Source: Octopus vulgaris
Lineage: Eukaryota
Assembly (NCBI GenBank): GCA_951406725.2
Contig: OX597819.1
Coordinates: forward strand, 69,998,001 to 70,062,000
Direction of reading: 5' to 3'
Length of the DNA: 64,000 bases
This document shows, one piece after another, positions 13,352 to 28,159 of this stretch (position 1 is its first letter; each line of letters begins with the position of its first letter). The position numbers and the translations under genes were made by a program. A model generated the notes under the pieces. The model was not told where the DNA came from. It ran no database searches and saw only the letters and a program-made list of their open reading frames with translations.

Positions 13352-13957
13352 CTCGGCCGAGTCTATTGTGACAATTGCTCCGCAACCCTCCCTCAACGGT
13401 GAAAGCAAGGCAGTCTTCATCGTAATGGTGGCCATGGTGAAAGAATGTGAGTGGCGGACTCGAGCGAAAGGATTAGAGACAAACACTTACCTCTCTGGCC
13501 AATCACTCATCAACTTTTTTTAAGTACCACTTGAAAAGGAAGATGAGAATGGAGAGGCAGGTTTTGTCTCGTGAAAGTTTCAAAAAGAGGTGGGTGAATG
13601 TAGCAAAGATGGTGCGTGCGAGTGACGAAACCACTTTGAGCATGATCCTGTAAATCGAAAAAAGAGAGAGAGGGATCACTTTGCTCTCATGTGCTTATTC
13701 CCTCCCTACCTGAGGTTACCGTGGTCTTTTCCGTAGGCTTTTCTTTTCACGGGTAAACCTAATCTTACTTTTTACATTTTAAAAACTCTTCTGTGATACA
13801 CGATCCCTTTTGATCGCTTATTTCCCCGATCCCTTTGGTCGGAATTTTACATTTTTTCTTATTTTTCTCCTTTTTTTTCTTTTCATTTCCGAAAAGAAAA
13901 GCTCTACATTTGTATTTGTCCCTTTTGTGTTCAGCCCTGTGTGGCCAATAAAGAAAG
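13352..13957 (+). mobile_element. L1/Tx1-type LINE 3' fragment (ORF2 C-terminus + 3' UTR) in (TATC)n
   Basis: Reads VAMVKECEWRTRAKGLE..SGQSLINFF / KYHLKRKMRMERQVLSRESFKKRWVNVAKMV..SMIL* with one frameshift in a T7 run. T-rich UTR and AATAAA at ~13947. (TATC)n on both sides. Confidence 0.65.
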
Positions 13958-14304
13958 TTATCTATCAGTCTGCCTGTCCGTCTGTCTGTAAATCTGTCTA
14001 TCTATGTATCTATTAATCTATCAGCTATCTTTCTGTCCATGTATCTATCAACCTCTCTATTTACTCATCCATCTATCCTTCCTTCCACCTATTCTTTCAT
14101 CTATCTATATTTCTATCCATCTATCTACCTGTGTGTCTATTTATCCATCCATCAATCTACCTATCTATCTATAAAATGTAGCCTATATTTTACCATCTCT
14201 CCCTCGTTCACACTTTCCTATCATCTTCCTGTTATTATACCTCCTTTCGTTTCTTTCTATGTCGCACATTATCTTTCATTATACCTAATCCACTTCTCTA
14301 AGCC

Positions 14305-14353
<49 letters not shown>

Positions 14354-14458
14354 ATCTTTCTCTCTCTTTATATATGTGTATATATATATATATACATATA
14401 TGAGTGTGTGTGTGTTTTTAGACATACACAAACATACATACGACCGTATATGTATATG

Positions 14459-14540
<82 letters not shown>

Positions 14541-15085
14541 TGTTTTTCCCCAATCCTAACATTTCCTTTCCTACTAATCCTTTTTACGATGTGTGAACAT
14601 ATGCAGGTGTATGTATAGTGCATGCGCGTGTGCATGTGTGTGTGTGTGTGTGAGTGTATGTATCTGTGTATGTATATATGTATATATATATATATATATA
14701 TATACATATATATATACATATATATATGTACATAAACGTGCATATATATATGTGAATATATATGCATTTATGTGTGATGTGTGTGCGCACGCTTGTGCGT
14801 GTGTATGTATGTATATATACTCGCGCGCATGCACACATACTGCTTGTACGTATCTACATCTAAACACGTGTGTGTGTGTGTGTGTCTGTGTCTGTCTGTG
14901 TGTGAATATGAATATGTTTTATAAATGGCGATTTATACATTTCCTCCCTTTCCCCATTCTCTCTCGACACCCTGCAGTTATTGCCCTTGCCAATGCAGTT
15001 CTTCATTGCTCTTTGTTATTATTACTGTTGTCTCAAAGCCGATTCTCTTATTAAGTTTTATTATTGATGTTGTTATCATTTAGTT

Positions 15086-15130
<45 letters not shown>

Positions 15131-15306
15131 TCGCTCTTTCTCTCTCTGCTTCTGTCATCATACTTTCATCTTACCCTCGTTTCTTTGTTGCCGCTCATAT
15201 TTATGCTGTTAATTCATCAGGTAGTAATTGTTTGTGATGCTCTTGTTGTTGCTGTAGTTGATCTTCTTCTTCTTCTTCTTCTTCTTCTTCTTCTTCTTCT
15301 TCTTCT

Positions 15307-15341
<35 letters not shown>

Positions 15342-15399
15342 TCCTCTTTCTCCTCTTCCTTCTGCTTCATCTTCTTCTTCTTGCTTGTTCTGAATTATG

Positions 15400-16110
15400 C
15401 TGTTGCAGTGATTCCGTAATGATGGTAGTGCTGCTAATGGTGATAATGGCCGTGGTGCAAGCGGTGCTGGTGCTGCGGAGGAGGTGATGATGATGTTGAT
15501 GTGAGGAGGAGGTGGGGAATGGTGGTTGTGCCTATGGTGGTAGTGGTGGTGGTGGCGGCGGCAGCGGTCGTGGTGCAGGCGGTGCTAGTGCTGGGGGTGA
15601 TGATGAGGATGATGATAGAGGTGGGGAATGATAGCTGTACATGTGGTGGTAGTGGTGGTGGAGGTGGTGGTGGTGATGGCGGTCGTGGTGGTGGTGGTGG
15701 TGGTGGTGGTGGTGGTGGTGGTGGTGGTGGTGGTGGTGGTGGTGATGGTGGTCATGGTGGCGGTAGTGATGGTGGTGGTGGTGGTGATGGTGGTGGTGGT
15801 GGTGGTGGTGGTGGTGGTGGTAGTAGTGTTGGTGGTGGTAGTGGTGTTGGTGGTGGTGATGGTGGTAGTGGTGGTGGTAATGGCGCTGATGGTAGCGTGA
15901 TATTGGTGCTGACGGCACTTGTAATGGTGGTAGTGATGTAAGTGCGTCTGATGATGATGGTGCTGCCGCTGATGGTGCTACTGCTGATAGGGGTGGTGGC
16001 GCTAGTGGTGGGATTGTGCTGTCGGTGGTGCCGATGCCGTTGCTACAGCTGGGTCGGGAGGGGATGCGGAAGCTGCGGCTGCCAGTGGTGTTAATTGTGG
16101 TGACGCTGGT
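15400..16110. repeat. (GGT)n/(GAT)n low-complexity tract
   Basis: Directly visible; explains the poly-G/V/H ORFs. Confidence 0.9.
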
Positions 16111-16550
16111 ATTGTTTACCGTAACCGTTTTTGATAACAACCATTTTGCTGTTCTCCTTCTTCTTGTTATTTTTAATACCTATTTTTGTTGTTATTGTTG
16201 TTGTAGTAGTTGTTATTTTTCGTTCTTATTATTGCTGTTGTCATTTCTCTTTTTTTATTTCTTCTTGTTCATATATTTATAGTCTCGTGGTTTAGCATTG
16301 TTGCTGTTCTTGTTGTTGTTGTTCTTTACGTAATCTCCTTGATTAAGCATAAAAGCCAATGTAGAGTTTGGCACCTAATCCCAAGACTGTGACAGTAATG
16401 GAAGATTTCTGTTGCAATCTGCTGAGCTAAAGTTGTTAGTAAAACAATGTAATTTTCACATATATAGTCACAACGCGTAAAAACGAAACCTCAAGTATAT
16501 AAATACATAACAAATCTCACAAGCACACATAGGAACTTATACACATATAC

Positions 16551-16596
<46 letters not shown>

Positions 16597-16778
16597 ATCC
16601 ATGCATATATATCATATATATATGTATATGTGTGTATATATATATGGCTGCTAACAACTTTTTCTGCAATATAAGGATGTTTTATCCTATTTGTGCAATT
16701 CATCATTACTATTATGCGATGCGCTTGAGAATAAAATATTACCATATCTGTATATGTATATATATGTGTGTGCATGTG

Positions 16779-16821
<43 letters not shown>

Positions 16822-17323
16822 GTGTATATATATATACATACATATATGTGTGTGTATATATATGCATATATATATATGTGTGTGTATGTATGTATATATA
16901 TATATGTATATATGTGTATGCATATATATATATATATGTATATATGTATATGCATATATGCACATATATATGCATATATATATATATGTGTGTATATATA
17001 TGTATATACATTTATACATATATATACATATATATATATATACACACATATATGTATATACATATACATGTATGTATACATATATATATATACACACACA
17101 CACCCAAAGTTTCGCACACATTAATGTATATATGCATATATATGTACCGCACGCGCACACACACACACACACATACACACATGCACACGAGAAAAATGCA
17201 AGAGGAAGATATCTAAAAATTGTAAAGATCCACGAATCTTGATATCTTAATAGAAACACTGGATTTATGAAGAGATAAATGTCTGTAGCTGTGAACGTGT
17301 GTGTGTGCATGTGTGTGTGCGTG

Positions 17324-17363
<40 letters not shown>

Positions 17364-17899
17364 CGTGTGTGTACATCAAAGAAGAAGTCGCGCGTGTGTC
17401 TGTAATTATGCCGTGTATGTGTCTGCTCAAAAACACATGAACGGGAAATCAGAGAGAAAATCTAAGTCCAGTTTCGGAATCATCTGGAAAACAATATACA
17501 AAGTAAATACACTTTTCGTCCATCTGGGCCCAAGAAATTGCGAACCCGCTACCCTGCCCTAACAGATAGTCGGTGTTATAAACTTACGTTCGTGTCATTA
17601 AGCAAGCTGGAGAAATAGACCTCAAATGTATAAGATAATGGAGACGGAGTGCATTTATCATAAGATGTAGACATCGGTTTCGGTGTATGCTCACCGCATC
17701 AGTTGCAGTTATTCATTCAGCTGCAACATACGTCTGTGTGTGTGAGTGCGTGCGTGAGTGTGCGTGTATGTGTGTGAGTGTGTGTGTGTATTCTTAATAA
17801 GATTAAACAAAAAATCACCTATTCTCATGGGGTTAGTACTATCCCGAAGATACCGAGTTCAATTCCAGGCAGTGCCTTGAATAAATAATAATAATACCT

Positions 17900-18894
17900 A
17901 ATCTCATGCTTAAAGTTATCAATGATTTGCCGGAGAATATATGGAATCTTGCAATGTTAATTACAGGACAATTAATACCTTCACATACTCAACTGCTATC
18001 ACCCTTAAAGAACACCCGCGAGAAGTGTGCAGAAAATGTGATAATGAAATTGTTAAATGGAAGCAAACTAGATGGAAAACAAAACTTGGAGAAACATCAA
18101 CAATTACTGCTACCATATAGGATGCTTAACTATGATAATAACATGTAAGGGAAATAATGAGTCCACACTTCACCAGTTAAATCCCATGCAAAAACTAACA
18201 AAGTTCTACGACCATACTTCACACCAAGTTCTTGAGGGAAAGCTAATATGCACGATTGCAGGGCGCTGAATGAAAATCTTCGTTATCGTAGAAAGAGTTT
18301 CGAGCGAGACAGTATAAATCGTAAGTTTACTTCCGGTACACATGTACTGTATCGAAAAATGAGGAAGGAAAACATTACCTTTATGACAGCCCCTTCTCAA
18401 GAAAATATTCAGTCATTCTGATCTAAGATCTAGAATGTAAAGATAAATTTGAATCGGGGTGTATCGTGGCCAAATTCTGTGAAGAAAGAACATGTGTCAA
18501 TATTGACAGTAAAAATATACACAATTGAGCTTTCATTATGGCAAGATAGGTAATGCAAAACCATCTAGAAGATACTTAATAGTTGAAAACTTGTACAAGA
18601 GGCTGACCTTCTACAGAAAGTCATTATTGTGTATATTAAAAAGCAAATATGGAAGGCCAGATTGACGTAGCGTAATCACTTGCGATAGCACGGCCGAATC
18701 TTGTAACCAACACTGAAGCCAATAAGGTGACAGAAAACTATAGGTCCATTGCTGGCTTAAACATTCTGTACAAGCAAGCTTTACACAAGCTATCTCAGTC
18801 AATTCATCCATGATCGTCATGAAACGACATCGCAGAAATCTTGTGACTGTATGGCTCCATTATAGGAAAGCATTCAACCCCATTCCCCACTCCT
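17900..18894 (+). pseudogene. Old R4/Dong-like LINE remnant (pre-RT and RT N-terminal region)
   Basis: ENYRSIAGLNILYK (~18733) and HRRNLVTVWLHYRKAFNPIPHS (~18830) match NYRPITCL and RRNLSTAWIDYKKAFDSIPH of the young copy. Many stops and indels. Confidence 0.75.
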
Positions 18895-18905
18895 ATTATT
18901 ATTGT

Positions 18906-19456
18906 TGAGTGAGAGAGCAGCGCATGCCATCAAAGTAACACTGAGGTAAAAATATACAAAGACCGGAATACCCATCATGACTACCCGTCTGATAAAGGTA
19001 CGCCAGGCACATACATCACAACCATATGTACACAACATGGTCATCTCATATCAAAATAAGCAACGCATGACCTTGCTGAGTAACTCAGTTAGAATTTTTT
19101 CTTCAGGTTGAGTACCTCAAAAGGTCCCTGAATAAGGGTTGTTTAAGGATGTTGAACGAAACACCTATGTTCCCAGAGATGAATTATTCAAATCTCAAAG
19201 AATTCCTCTCAACGCATGGCTACGATGCTCCATCACTACTTCTGCTCGTGATCAGAGATGCACATATCGTCAGCCACTAAGGCACATGCTCAACTGGTTA
19301 AGGTCAAACAACTGACAAGTAAATCTGTGGTATTGAGCAGAATATTTGCTGTAGTCCATCTTTTATACCAAAACAAAACATGTACGTTGTAACACGTCTA
19401 ATCAGTTAAGATCAAAAGCCATGTGAGCCACTGCCTTGTACTCTATCAGAGCATTT
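18906..19456 (-). mobile_element. ~560-bp (TAA)n-embedded element (copy 2, more diverged)
   Basis: Colinear with 3762-4319, with the same two ends. Confidence 0.88.
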
Positions 19457-19519
19457 ATTATTGTTGTTGTTGTTGTTATTGTTATTATTATTATTATCAT
19501 CATCATCATCATTATTATT

Positions 19520-19622
<103 letters not shown>

Positions 19623-19904
19623 GTAATATACCATTGTATTATACGTATATTTTCTTTATTTTTGTAGACGCTGGAAGCGGTTGATAAGAATGTCATAGGG
19701 ACACGAAGTTTTGTTCGTCACGAAAAGAGTTAGAATGAAATGTCCAATGGTACCCCTGTTCCGCCCGTCTGTTCCTGTGATATTTTATAAAGATTAAATA
19801 AAGCTTTAAACAAAACTTTGATTTAAAAATATAAATATTAATACTTCTGTGGTTTTTGTAAATAATTATTATCATTTCATTTATATATATACCTATATAT
19901 ATGC

Positions 19905-19958
<54 letters not shown>

Positions 19959-19998
19959 TATATATACATATATATATTATATATATTATATATACATA

Positions 19999-20073
<75 letters not shown>

Positions 20074-20113
20074 CATATATATATATTATATATATACATA
20101 TATATATATATAC

Positions 20114-20238
<125 letters not shown>

Positions 20239-20344
20239 TATATAACAGTGTACATTTAAACAAAAGAGAAGCTGCCTTCAACAGGCAGCATTATACGCTA
20301 GAAGAAGTCAAAGCGACCAGAGCAATTTCCAAGGGAATGAAAAA

Positions 20345-20728
20345 TAAAAACTTTTACCTTCTTATCTTTTTACAGTCATACCTAGGTTTCAAATTTTTTT
20401 AGCAAATGAAATAATTTGCTGGGCGAAATTCTCATCAGTGACCGCGCCATAACACTAACATACAACTAAGAGACAAATAACAAGTGTCTCATTATAATTT
20501 TTCAAATTCACCGCGCAAGCGCAGTTTCAGTGGGAGATGAATGAATAAATGCCGAACTAATCTTCTAAAAATTGCTAAGAACATATACGTAAAATATATA
20601 GGGTAACGAGCTTTTTTAGCAACGACAGCAGCAGCAGCGAGTCTTTTTTAGAAATTTCACAACCAGTGGCCTAAAGAAATTTGAAATCTAGGTATGACCG
20701 TAAAAAATAACAAGGTAAAAGTTTTTTA
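20345..20728. mobile_element. MITE-like element with ~57-bp terminal inverted repeats
   Basis: taaaaacttttaccttcttatctttttacagtcatacctaggtttcaaattttt pairs with the reverse complement of 20671-20728. Confidence 0.7.
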
Positions 20729-20775
20729 CATTATTTACAATTGACAGATGTTTATCCTCATCTTGTTTGTTGTTA

Positions 20776-20819
20776 ACCCAACGTTTCGGCTGATATACAC
20801 TCCAGCCTTCATCAGGTGT
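20776..20819 (-). ncRNA. Minimal type-I hammerhead ribozyme motif
   Basis: ACAC-CTGATGA-A-GGCTG(gagtgtatat)CAGCC-GAAAC-GTT-GGGT, with one stem I mismatch. Confidence 0.65.
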
Positions 20820-20857
20820 CTTGGGGAAATTTCGAACCAGGTTATTGTTGTTGTTGT

Positions 20858-20918
<61 letters not shown>

Positions 20919-21026
20919 GGTGGTGGTGGTGGTGGTGGTGCTGATGGTGGCGGTGGTGGTGGTGGTGGTGATGGTGACGGTTGTCACTGCTCATTTGCAC
21001 ATTTGATCGCATATCTATAGACAGAC

Positions 21027-21103
<77 letters not shown>

Positions 21104-21297
21104 TGCGATCAAGTGTGCTAGAGCTACCCACATTAGAGCTTCCAGTGACAAGTAAGTGCAAGATGATTGGATGTTCATTGGAGTTCATTGACTTCATCAT
21201 ACCTTGCTGTGACAAGCAGTAAATACGAACAGTTTCAGTAATAGTCTCTGGTAAAATAAGACTGACTGACTATAAATATATATATATATACATACTC

Positions 21298-21329
<32 letters not shown>

Positions 21330-21331
<2 letters not shown>

Positions 21332-21800
21332 CAAAATAACAAATAAAACATATGCATATATACATGTACATACCTACATCTATATGTATATATACATGCA
21401 TATATAGGTACAGGACACAAAAAAACCTCGAACACAATGAGAAACGAAAACATAAAAACAAAACCATGGAAACGGACTTTTTTCAAACAACGAAGAAACA
21501 GAGTACAAAGCATACAACACAAGGAATATTCTCCCTCTTCAGCTGCCCCTGCTTAGTCTACTCCGTGTTTCGAAGGTAAGGGCAAGACACGACTTCGCTG
21601 AAACAGTCCTTCCCGCAAAGCAAATTAAATAAAATTTGGGATTTTTGCGGGGTGGGGGTGTAAAAGTGGTATCAAGAACAGGACAGCAAAAACAAACCAA
21701 GACAGTAAAAACAATTCAAATAAAAACAGTAAAAGACAGGACAAGGAGAATAACACAGTAAAGACAAGCGGTAAGGGGCTGTTAAGCCGAAACGAAAGGA
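21330..21800 (-). mobile_element. (TA)n-tailed non-coding repeat with decayed hammerhead (related to 55270-55540)
   Basis: Reverse complement aligns with 55270-55540 and contains GAAGG..CCTTC-GAAAC. Confidence 0.6.
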
Positions 21801-22438
21801 AAAATTATTTTGAGCGCTTTGGGATAACGACTTAAGAGAGGGACAGAAAAAGCCGTCTACACTTGTTGAAGGCAGTAGTCAGAAAGAAAGTAGCCCTCTA
21901 GTCACATGTCAGCGATGAGAGGGAGGAGGAGGAGGAGGAGGAGTAAGAGAAAAGGAACGGTGAAAGAGAGAGAAGAAGAATAGGGAAGGGTGGTAGAGAA
22001 AACCAGAAAGAATGAAGAATAAGAGAGGGAGAGAGACAGTAGAGAGTTAAGAGTGCGCATCATAATTACATATATATATATACATACATACTCGTATACA
22101 TATAGTTACCTCCCAACACCATCACACCACACAACACTACACCATACCACACAACACATCACACACCACCACGCACACACCATCACTAACCAATTCCTAT
22201 CACCACATTTTCAAACCTTTACATACACACACGCACACGTCAAGATCACTAGCCCTCTTTCACACGCACATACGTACTCTCTTACACACACGCGCACCTT
22301 CGTTTTGGGTTCACTACTACTTTGTTATCTCCCCTTCTTCTTTACCTGCCTGTGTGACCCTTCTGTGTCCGGCATTCGCCATGATAGATTGCTAGCCACT
22401 ACACACATCTTTTTCTCTCCTTGTTTCTTTGTGTGTTC

Positions 22439-22474
22439 CTTTCTGTGGAGGAGCGTAGGCTCGAAACGTTAAAG
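22439..22474 (+). ncRNA. Hammerhead-like motif with variant core
   Basis: CTTT-CTGTGGA-G-GAGC(gtag)GCTC-GAAAC-GTT-AAAG. Stems are intact; the core deviates from CUGANGA. Confidence 0.5.
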
Positions 22475-22740
22475 ACTTTTTCAATTCCCTAGCGTTATAC
22501 TAATACATCTGTTTTCTACACCACCTGTCTTTGTCTTTTGTTTTTTGTGAATTATCCTTATATACATATATATATATATATATATATACATACATACTCG
22601 TATACTCGTACATATACATATATATATTTACATACACACACACACTCACACACAAACACACACACACACACACATACATATATATGTAAAACTTACTTGG
22701 AAATGGATGCGTGGCATTCAATCAAGTAATAATAGAAATG

Positions 22741-22804
<64 letters not shown>

Positions 22805-22910
22805 CATTTAATGCTTTCAGACAGTTTTTCTAAATCAGTGACTGTGGTTGCTGGGAAAAACATTAAATAGTTATTTGCAAAGGTCTCCTTCATCGAAAAC
22901 CGGTGTTTAC

Positions 22911-22955
22911 CATACGTTGACGAGAGGCAAAAACCTTGAAACTATAGTCCGTATG
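22911..22955 (+). ncRNA. Type-I hammerhead ribozyme motif (C3U variant)
   Basis: CATACG-TTGACGA-GAGG(caaaaa)CCTT-GAAAC-TATA-GTC-CGTATG: 6-bp stem I, palindromic ACTATAGT helix III and a GUC cleavage triplet. Confidence 0.72.
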
Positions 22956-23120
22956 TATCACTTAGGTTTTCGAGGGAGGATGACCTCCCTTTCCAAATAT
23001 CATAAGTGCACAGAAATTGTGTCTAAGGCCAGCTGGAGACGTCGATCTCCTGGGGCTAAAAGCGTCAGTAACACCCACCCCCAGTGGCTAGCCACATTCA
23101 GATGGCTAGTACACTTTACG

Positions 23121-23183
<63 letters not shown>

Positions 23184-23471
23184 TAAATAAATGGAGTTTA
23201 ACGCAGGTAAAGAAGAAGGGGAGATAACAAAGTAGTAGTGATCCCAAAACGAAGGTGCGCGTGTGTGTAAGAGAGTACGTATGTGCGTGTGAAAGAGGGC
23301 TAGTGATCTTGACGTGGTAACTATTTATTTATTTTTTCCGTGTTAATTGTTAACAAGGTAAAAATACACTCTATTTATTTATATATATATATAATATTTT
23401 ATAATTAGGGTTCAGCAAAGATTTGCTTTACCACATACCGAAGTTTAGCAATAGCAGCCAAAGAACCTTAG

Positions 23472-23520
<49 letters not shown>

Positions 23521-23884
23521 CACTAGCTCCTACCTTGGACCCTCTCAACGCCCACCAGGGAGTGGTAGCACCCACTTTGAGAACCTATGGTATACAGCAT
23601 TGGTGCAGGAATTCTTGCTTTTACGAAGCATGTGATGACAATGATAAGAACGCACATGTTCTTTTCGAACAAAGGCGTTCTTTTCATTTAAAAGCTATAA
23701 ACAACAGTAGCACTGAACCTCTCTTAAATACAACAAAACGTCTCTAGAACCTTCTTGTTCACAAATTTTAAAATGCATGTGTTCGAAAGAATGCAAAGCA
23801 AAATTTATTGGTAACTGAAGCATGTTTCCCATCTTCAGACCTCAACTATTGCAGCTGTAAAATTTAAGGATTTCTTTATTCGTT

Positions 23885-24275
23885 TACTCTTTTACTTGTT
23901 TCCGTCACTTAGCTGTGCTCATGCTGGAGCACCACTTTTAGTCGAGCAAATCGACCCCAGGCCTTATTCTTTGTAAGCCTAGTACTTATTCTATCGGTCT
24001 TGTTTGCCGAAACACTAAGTTACAGGGACGTAAACACACCAGCATCAGTTGATAAACGATGTTGGGAGTACAAACATATACAAATATATATATATATATA
24101 TATATATGATGTGCTTCTTTCAGTCAGTTTCCATCTACCAAATCCATTCACAAGGCTTTGGTCGGCACGAGGCTATAGTAGAAAACACGTGCCCAAGGTG
24201 CCACGAAGTGGGGCTGAACCCGGAACCATGTGGTTGGTTAGCAAGCTACTTACCACACAGTCACCCCTGCGTCTA
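23885..24275 (-). mobile_element. SINE family A, near full length
   Basis: Colinear with 51827-52211 plus 54412-54445. Confidence 0.88.
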
Positions 24276-25981
24276 CGGAAATGTATTGTATAAAGATCCT
24301 AATGGGATGAAAAAAAAAGAAGCTGGACTGTCGCTATTATTTATTTTTATTTGTAGATTTCTTGCTATTGGAGAAAGAGCCGGTTTCTAACCTAGATCCA
24401 AGGCTCCTTAACTGGAATCTCAACATCAACAGACAAGTTGTGTATGTATGTATATATTGTTTTGGAGTCAGTGCATGTACAGATCTGTATGTTTTTCTTA
24501 CATGTATACTCGTACATGTTGTAGCGACATATGTACTTATATACTAAACTTTTGTGAACCTTTACACAGTTTGACATTACCAATGGTGGTTTGTGTCTGC
24601 CTTTTAACTAGTTGTCCTCTTTCTGATTTTTGAGAACCCTAATTTCTCAAGATTGGACCTGAAGTAGTTTGTTTTGTAATCCGGGTGGAATATCTGTAAA
24701 TTTCTCACTATGTATGTGCACATGTATGTATCTATGTATGTCCTTCGATCTTCATATTTGTCTCTATTAAACTATCTATGTATATATCAGTCTATCTATC
24801 TCTTTGTCGATCTATCTATCTACCTATCTATCCAAATATTTATCTGGCTAACTAGTTACCTATATATCTGTCTAGTTTGTTATTCATCGTTGACTCGTCT
24901 CTTAACTTATTTGTATAAAAGTTTTTCTCAAAACAAACCTGCTAATCATATATATCCATATATAATTCTTTTGAGACAAAATTCCCCTCCTTTTATCTAA
25001 ACTAATATATAAGCTAACAGGCCACACACACACACACATATGCTCATACATACTCACACATGTACTCAACGTCTATTGATTCCAGCGTTCCCATTATCTT
25101 CTATTCTTACAATTCTTTGGTTCATTACTGACCTGCAACTGGTCAGTTACTATGGGCAGTTGTACCTCCAAGTACACACACACACACACACACACACACG
25201 AGAAGACAACCTCCTCATGAGAAGCCGAGATAATCTCAAGAATCTTCAAAGTTGACATGCCATTAAAGAAAAGAACAAGATTATTGTCTGGAGATAAGAG
25301 GACAGTCGTTGACGCACGTTTCTGCTTCAACAGCCGTCATCGGCACGACAATTGTCTAATCTTAGAACATAGTCATAGACTGATTGGCTGGTAAAGAATG
25401 CTGAAAGTAATCGAACATTTATTCGCTCCTCTCAGCGAAGAAATCTGCGATGGTGCTGAGGTTGGTAACAGCGGGGACAATACTGTTGTTGATGGTGGTG
25501 ATGGTGGTGGTGATGGTGGTGGTGATGGTGGTGGTGATGGTGGCGGCCACAACGGTGATGAAAGTGATTCGATGGTAGTGGTGACAGAATTATTATTTTG
25601 GCGAAGGTAGTACTGGAATCGGAATGAAGATGGGGGTGGGGAGAATCGAATATGGCGGCAAGGGGGAAGGGGAGCGGAACGAGGTAAAGAATGATGCATG
25701 GGCATTAATGCAAATGCATGTATGTAGGTGTGCGTATCTGTATTCACGATTGTGTATGTGTCGATGACATACAACAACCACAAACACATTCATAAATGTA
25801 CGTGCATGTGGATGTATACATATACATATATATGTACATGTGCGTGATATATATATATAGAGAGAGAGACAGACAGACAGATGGATATAGATATATATAC
25901 ATATATGTGTGTGTATGTGTGTCTGTGTTTGTGTGTGTGTGTGCCTATACGCATGTATGTGTGCTCATATACATATACATA

Positions 25982-26015
<34 letters not shown>

Positions 26016-26034
26016 ATATATATGTATATATATG

Positions 26035-26126
<92 letters not shown>

Positions 26127-26199
26127 GTATATATATATACATATATATATATACGTATATATACATACATAAATATATACATATATCTATATATATATA

Positions 26200-26259
<60 letters not shown>

Positions 26260-27035
26260 TATATGTATATATTTATGTATGTATATATACGTATATATAT
26301 ATATGTATATATATATATATACGTATATATATACACATATACTGCTCTATATATATATATATAGTTTTTGGGAAAGGTTGCCACTTGCCACTCATGCGGT
26401 GGTGTTTCTTTTTTTATTGCTCATTCTATTTATAATTTATACATACATACATACATACATACATACATGCATATGTTTGTATGTGTATATATACATACAT
26501 ATATATTTATATCTGCATACATACACCCACACACGTATATGTATAAAGACATATATATATGGGCATATATATTTATGTGTCGTAGTGTGTGTGTTGTACA
26601 CACACACGCATACACACATCTGTTTATTTACATTCAAGTATGGAGGCCACTCTATGTAAGAATTTTTGCGTGGGTATAAGTATGAAACGCTTGTGTGCGT
26701 GTGTGTGGGGGGGGGTGTAGGTGTGTGTGTGGAGGGGTGCATTTCATTCTGTCCATGCATGTGTAATGTCGATGTTATATGCGTGCTTCCATGAATCTGG
26801 AGAAGGTGATCGTACTTCAAGTGCAAACCAGCATAAAGATAAGCTTACAGAGGACCGAATGTTTCTGATTTGAAGGTTTTGACGGCAGAAATAAATTGCT
26901 ATTTTGTTCTATAACCTCTCACAGCTTACAAACAGGAAAACAAAAAAACGCTATCGCTGTCCTTCTGTCTTGCTAACTGTACCTATTACGGAATAGACGA
27001 CATGACTGCTCTTCAAAACGAGGCTTACATATCAC

Positions 27036-27091
<56 letters not shown>

Positions 27092-27194
27092 TCTTAAGAG
27101 TGTCTTTACATGCATATATGTATATACTTATATATATATTTATATATATTTATATATATATATATGTATGCATGTATATTCATACATACATATA

Positions 27195-27254
<60 letters not shown>

Positions 27255-27343
27255 AAGTAGTAGTAGCAGCAGCAGCAGCAGCAACACCAGCAACAGCAGC
27301 AGTAGCAGCAGCACAAGCACCAGTAGTAGTAGAAGTAGTAGTG

Positions 27344-27407
<64 letters not shown>

Positions 27408-27559
27408 ACATGCGCTGTAAGAGCACGTCGTTGCATCCACCATTTTTTTGGTGACTCCCTAAAACTCCTGGCGGATGTGACACCTTTGCGCCACTCAGGT
27501 GACAACCCTGCAACACACTAATGGGTCTGTTTTAGTGCAGTCGTTGCTGATGATGGTTT

Positions 27560-28085
27560 TATGAGGTCGGAGTGACTCTCCCAAAAGATTTGCCTTCATC
27601 CTTGTAGTGCTTATGTGCTTCGGTAAACTCCCTTTATTACCGATCTCGCTCAGACGTTATGGAAGCGAACCTTGTAGGGAATGATTTCATTTTCAGAATC
27701 ATGACTAGTTTGCAAAGAACATACCATCTCATCGATGGCCGTACGTTGGTTCCGCTAGAACCACTTCCCGAGCTTGTTGAACCTTCACGTCGTTGGTGGA
27801 ATCTGATGGTCGCCCTGCTCCCTCTTTGTGTTTCACGCTTCTTGCCATTTTAAAACTTCTCCATCTATTCATACACACCTCTACGCGATAGAGCGCTGTC
27901 CCCATATTATACCGAAAGCTTGTGATGAATTTCAGCTCCTGACACACATTCAGACCAGGGAAATTAGACTATTGATCAATCTCCTTACTTGGTTCACATT
28001 GCTAGCGGAGCGGCCATGTTTACACTGTAACGCAAGAGAGAAAACCAGAGCAATCAAGGTAAACAACATGAATACCACTTTTTAG
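27560..28085 (-). pseudogene. mariner transposase remnant (N-terminal HTH region)
   Basis: Minus strand reads AEIHHKLSV*YGDSALSRRGVYE..KF..G..EGAGRPS..VQQAREVV..TAIDEMV..L..SH, with stops and frameshifts. Confidence 0.75.
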
Positions 28086-28159
28086 CACATGGGCGCAGGA
28101 GGCAGTGCGACCAGCCAAAAGAAAGATTTGGCGAAGACGTGAATATTTTTTTACTTTCT

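Noticed and set aside
15532-16140. His/Pro-rich 202-aa ORF resembling a transcription-factor low-complexity region
   Set aside because: It is fully explained by a degenerate (GGT/GAT)n tract, with no domain and no convincing splice context.
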